64,000 nt of DNA from Psammoneis japonica (taxonomy: Eukaryota): positions 186,001-250,000 of the forward strand of contig QPGO01000086.1 of NCBI GenBank assembly GCA_008632985.1. The letters are read 5' to 3'. The translations under genes and the position numbers were made by a program. Shown here one piece after another: positions 59,951 to 64,000 of the stretch (positions within the stretch are counted from its first letter, which is position 1; every line of letters begins with the position of its first letter). The notes under the pieces were generated by a model. It did no database searches. It had not been told where the DNA came from and saw only the letters and a program-made list of their open reading frames with translations.

Positions 59951-60139
59951 CTCTAGCAGCTCTAGCTGCCAGAGAGTGGCAGTGAAAACAGTGCTGTAGC
60001 GTGTAGCGTCCTCGCCGAGCTAGACATGAGATTTTGATCTTTTTTACCGATCGAATTCGTTCCCAGCCTGACGCCCGTAAATAGGTACGTAAATTTGGCC
60101 AAATTATATTTATTTTACGGCCGAAATTATCAGGGTGGG
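58828..60139. mobile_element. About 1.3-kb non-autonomous TIR element with 39-bp TIRs (58828-58866 and 60101-60139)
   Basis: CCCACCCTGA... inverted repeats with 33/39 identity; no clear TSD. Confidence 0.75.
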
Positions 60140-60166
60140 AACGTCCTAAGAGTACAGGGGTCACCG

Positions 60167-60540
60167 ATCTAGTGTTTATTATTTATTATGCCGGACGATT
60201 ACTTATTGCTTAGACAATATCGGCAAAGAAAGGTGACAACTTCATTTAGGTAACTTTTATTCGAACATTAAGCACAATGACGTCATAGAGGTCTTTCTGG
60301 GTAGGCGTGCGTCAGAACTGCCTGACATGGCCTCGTTGGGCGTCGAATGCTTAATTAATATAGTAAAGCTGATGTCAGCAACATATGTAAGAAAATGTCC
60401 GGCGTGTCTTCATGCCTCGCGGATTTTATTTATGAAAATAATAAACACTGTATTTACTGTCAAATAGGAAATAATATTATTTGAATTCATTAGCAATACA
60501 ATGCTCGCGGAAATAATACGAAAAACAATAAACACTAGAT
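60167..60540. mobile_element. AT-rich MITE-like element with 14-bp perfect inverted ends ATCTAGTGTTTATT
   Basis: Inverted repeat at 60167-60180 and 60527-60540; additional internal end-like copy near 60437-60450. Confidence 0.6.
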
Positions 60541-60790
60541 GTGCGCGCTGCGCGATTTCGATTAGATCAGCGATGCCTGTAGAGCAGCAGCAGCAACAAG
60601 ATTAAATTACATCAGCACTGTCTATTGTCACTGACCCTACTGTTAGTGATACCCTCCTTATAGAGGACCGATTGTCGAATCGCCACGCCCTCACAGTCGA
60701 GAGTCACTTCATTCCTCAGTGACGCGGAAAGCCATCACAACAGCGACAACAGCAAATCCGCTACGTGAACGTTCCTCCTCCCATCTCGAC

Positions 60791-62035
60791 ATGATGTCTT
60801 ATGCCGTTTACACCAACAAGCGCCGCCGTGTGTCTACCGCGCTGAATGCTCGAGAGCGCCAAGACTTGTTTGCAAACAAAATTCTCCCGCTCTTGGTGGC
60901 AAACGAGTGGCTTGGTGTTGCTGAATTGGCGCGTCTCAACCAGCTCTCGTCATCACGTGAATGGGTGATGGAAGAATCGTGGGCTTTGGTGGCTCGTCGT
61001 ACGTGGCCTGAAACCAACATTGACGACTTTGTCGGTGACGGCGAAAAGTGCCTCTCGCCTAGCTTTCGTGGATTGTTTGGTATCAACTTTCCACGGAACT
61101 GGTTAACGCTCGAGATGCAGCGCGTGACTGCCAAGGAGGAATGGCAAACGCTCCGCCATATGAATCAATACGGCGAGATAGAATGTATTCAATGTGGCTG
61201 TAATTGCAGAGAATATTCCTGGGATATGGATTGTCCTGGATTCCCGATTTACACGGAATTCCGCTACGAACGTATGGAAAAACTCGAATGGTTTATCGAT
61301 GCGTTTGAACCAGGACGTGCCAATAATTATTGTCAATCATGCTTCGAACACTACTTACAAGAAGGAGATGTCAAGCAAGAAGAGTACGAAAAGATGGCTC
61401 CTTGTTTGCTCAAGGATCTTGTCATGGAACATCTTTGGTCCGGTGAGGGATGTTTACTCTGCAGAGGAATCGACCGTGAGACCTTTCTCAATGATCTCTA
61501 CCTCCTTGACAGCTACATTTGGAGCGAAAAACTCAAGGATAACGGCCAAGAAGCCGAGGCTGATGACTATCCGGGTCAAGAAATCACCTTGGATGACTTT
61601 CTCGTGGTTCTTGCGTACGGCCTTGCCGACGAAAAGTGCACCAAGTACAAGACGTTGGATCTTTCCAGCTGCGCTGGTGCTAGCAGCAAGCACTATGGAG
61701 AACTCGGTATCAAGGCGTTGGCTTTCGCATTTTCCATGAATACGTCCGTGGAAAATTTCTTCATGTATGATGATGACTGGGGTGATACGGGTGAAGGGAA
61801 TCCGTGTTGCGAAACGTACCCAATGAACGCAGACCTATCGGGTGGCTTGTTCCTCAAGGCCCTACAGCATAATACTGCTTCCAAACTAAAGAAGCTACGC
61901 CCCTGTCCCACTACCTTTGGGACCAAGGTTGTCAACAAACTCACTCAGTACGTGGAGGTAATTGGGACACCCCACCACCACATACGACTTTATGATGAAC
62001 GACCGGAAAGGGTCGAACGAGTAGGTAGGCAATGA
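60791..62035 (+). CDS. Hypothetical protein with F-box-like N-terminus, Cys clusters and RNI-like LRR C-terminus
   Basis: WLGVAELARL..W.LVARRTWP; CxxC motifs; TLDLS..GELGIKALAFAFSMNTSVE. Confidence 0.6.
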   Translation: MMSYAVYTNKRRRVSTALNARERQDLFANKILPLLVANEWLGVAELARLNQLSSSREWVMEESWALVARRTWPETNIDDFVGDGEKCLSPSFRGLFGINFPRNWLTLEMQRVTAKEEWQTLRHMNQYGEIECIQCGCNCREYSWDMDCPGFPIYTEFRYERMEKLEWFIDAFEPGRANNYCQSCFEHYLQEGDVKQEEYEKMAPCLLKDLVMEHLWSGEGCLLCRGIDRETFLNDLYLLDSYIWSEKLKDNGQEAEADDYPGQEITLDDFLVVLAYGLADEKCTKYKTLDLSSCAGASSKHYGELGIKALAFAFSMNTSVENFFMYDDDWGDTGEGNPCCETYPMNADLSGGLFLKALQHNTASKLKKLRPCPTTFGTKVVNKLTQYVEVIGTPHHHIRLYDERPERVERVGRQ

Positions 62036-62272
62036 GGCTGGCTCTGGGGAGGGATGTGACTGCCCACGCCACAACTCAATATTTTGGTCATTGAGATCCG
62101 GGTTACTAAGAACGTTACAACATGATACTTACCCGTACAAAATCATTTTACGGGGTAATAGACTACCTTGAACCTGTACATTCGATGCGTCGATGCGATA
62201 GAGATAATGAAATCGTCGTGATAAAGGACTTATATATCCTACTCTAAATCCTAAGCGCCATAAAGGAGCAAC

Positions 62273-63109
62273 ATGCGTGCTTGTCAGTTCTTGTTTTCTA
62301 TAAAGTGCGTTGCTGTAACGACAGCAGCGTTCACGTTCACAGGCAAGGACAGAATTAAAAGCGCACAGGTGACGACAACGACGACTCCATCACGACCTTG
62401 TTCTACTACATTTTCTTTTGCGCTTCAGGAATCGGTACGAGTAGGCAACAACGGTTCAAACGACATCGTGCCCTTCAGCTCTCTGAAACGTCGCGATGTG
62501 TTAGTTTCATCGGTTTTGAGCGGTATTCTGTGGATCGACACACCTCCTCGTACTGCGCAAGCACAAGAAATGCCACGTGAATCTGCCTTGTCTGCAGGAC
62601 GACGACAATGCAAAACCACATCGGATCCATCCAAAACGACGGTAACTTGTTTGGGTGATTTGCGCCAATTCAATGCCGATGGTCGGTTATCGTCCATTTC
62701 GGCAACCACCAATGGCATTTCCACGTCAGCCATCAAGAATCCGGAACGATACCGACTTCCATGGACCTATGTTCCACAAACGTCCGACCCAAACGTGGCG
62801 TGGGAGTCTCTCGTCCAAACCATAAAGGACGATCCTACACTGGAAATTGTAGAATTGAACAAGGACGATTATTATTTACACGCGACATCACCAACCCAAT
62901 ACCCTCCGGGCTTTTCTTCGGAGCAAGCAGCCGGATTGGATGACTTGGAGTTTTTGCTCAGGCCGGATGACAATTTAGTCTTGTATCGGAGTGCCAGTCG
63001 AAGCTCACTCTTTGTGTATCCCATTACCCAACCCGTGAGTGATCGAGATACTAATTTAAAGCGACTCGACAAGATTCGAAATGCATTGGGATGGGGTGAA
63101 CTGGGATAA
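62273..63109 (+). CDS. DUF1499-like protein, predicted plastid/thylakoid-lumen targeted
   Basis: Signal peptide ending TAA-FT (ASAFAP-like); RR-DVL...AQA Tat-like signal; YLHA, DDLEFL, YRSASR, SD..TN.KRL..IR..LGW. Confidence 0.8.
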   Translation: MRACQFLFSIKCVAVTTAAFTFTGKDRIKSAQVTTTTTPSRPCSTTFSFALQESVRVGNNGSNDIVPFSSLKRRDVLVSSVLSGILWIDTPPRTAQAQEMPRESALSAGRRQCKTTSDPSKTTVTCLGDLRQFNADGRLSSISATTNGISTSAIKNPERYRLPWTYVPQTSDPNVAWESLVQTIKDDPTLEIVELNKDDYYLHATSPTQYPPGFSSEQAAGLDDLEFLLRPDDNLVLYRSASRSSLFVYPITQPVSDRDTNLKRLDKIRNALGWGELG

Positions 63110-63395
63110 AGATGAACAAAGCGAGGCTTCTTGCTGGCATTCCACTTACAAGCCTTGTCCGTTATTTTTTATGCTACTACCGCAAGCTAGTTATAACACG
63201 CTAAGGCCTTTTCATGCAATGTAATTCACTAGTAGAGGGACTGTGAAACGATGACTAGAGAGAAAACCGAATCAATCGATGCAAACTTGGAAACGGTTAT
63301 ATAGTCGAAAGTCGCGTTGTTGTGGCATTGCTACCTTCTCTTCAGAGAGACTGCATATAAAAGTACCGGCATGTATTGACCACGCCCCCTGCTCA

Positions 63396-63735
63396 ACATG
63401 CAAAGTCTCTTGAGAATATTCATATAATGAATCTTCAGGGGTATCTCGTAAAATAGGGAATAAAGAAAATATACGGCAAGTATCTGTAGTTTCGCACCTC
63501 TAGCTACTTTCCTCCACTAGAAAAAGAGCTGCTGCTCGTATCCATACCTACTACTATCCAAGGTACACACTGTCGGGTTGAGCGTTCGAGCATGACATGC
63601 AAGTCTCTTTTAATGAATCATTAGAGGTACCTCGTACGTACAATACGGAATAAAGAAAATATACGGCATGCACTTGTAGTCTCACCTAGTAGCCATTTTT
63701 CTCTGGAAAGAGAGCTGCCGCTCGTGTCCATACCT
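63396..63735 (+). repeat. Diverged direct repeat of about 150 bp (63396-63549 and 63595-63735)
   Basis: Shared ACATGCAA(A)GTCTCTT, GGAATAAAGAAAATATACGGCA, GCTCGTRTCCATACCT. Confidence 0.8.
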
Positions 63736-64000
63736 GCAAACATCCAACATACAAACTGCAGAGTTGACAGGTTGAGCAAGACCTTTTTAGCTACCACGAT
63801 AGTAATCCCACGCATCGCCGAAATGAAGCCACTTGAAACCTCCAAATGCTGCTCCACTATCAATCTGCTTGACTAGAATGTTTGCACAAATCAACCAGAC
63901 TCGTTCGTCCGCTCCGGGCAATAGACCCCTCTTGATTGCATCTACAGCCCACAATTCGGACTTGGCCAATTCAAGCGCTCGCAACACCTTGAGACTGTGA

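Noticed and set aside
63787..64000. Minus-strand ORF fragment at the window end
   Set aside because: Too short and truncated to assign

Overview
Eukaryotic genomic DNA, most likely a diatom: short GT-AG introns, two HSF genes, a bipartite plastid-targeting peptide, a diatom-type LRR protein and a MATH-BTB protein. Ordinary gene islands alternate with transposon-derived blocks at about 1-6600, 14960-15980, 20110-24770, 28430-31530 and 51070-59950. The strongest signal is a mutational process in those blocks: TpA has been almost eliminated by TA->TG and TA->CA changes on both strands, usually alongside CG->TG/CA decay. Four internal comparisons show this directly: a TIR pair with one mutated and one intact end, three copies of a promoter segment, the split direct repeats of a Ngaro/DIRS-type retrotransposon, and conserved Tyr codons turned into Cys or His. 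This resembles fungal RIP but targets adenine (or thymine) rather than cytosine; I am not aware of a description of it, but cannot search. Also notable are an NLR-like GGCT/NB-ARC/TPR gene with an inserted hydrophobic hairpin, a duplicated secreted cationic Cys-rich protein with an RRL site and acidic tail, and tandem membrane-anchored PhoX genes. Many host genes carry single-base frameshifts that look like assembly indel errors, so gene models are provisional. Domain boundaries were estimated by eye.
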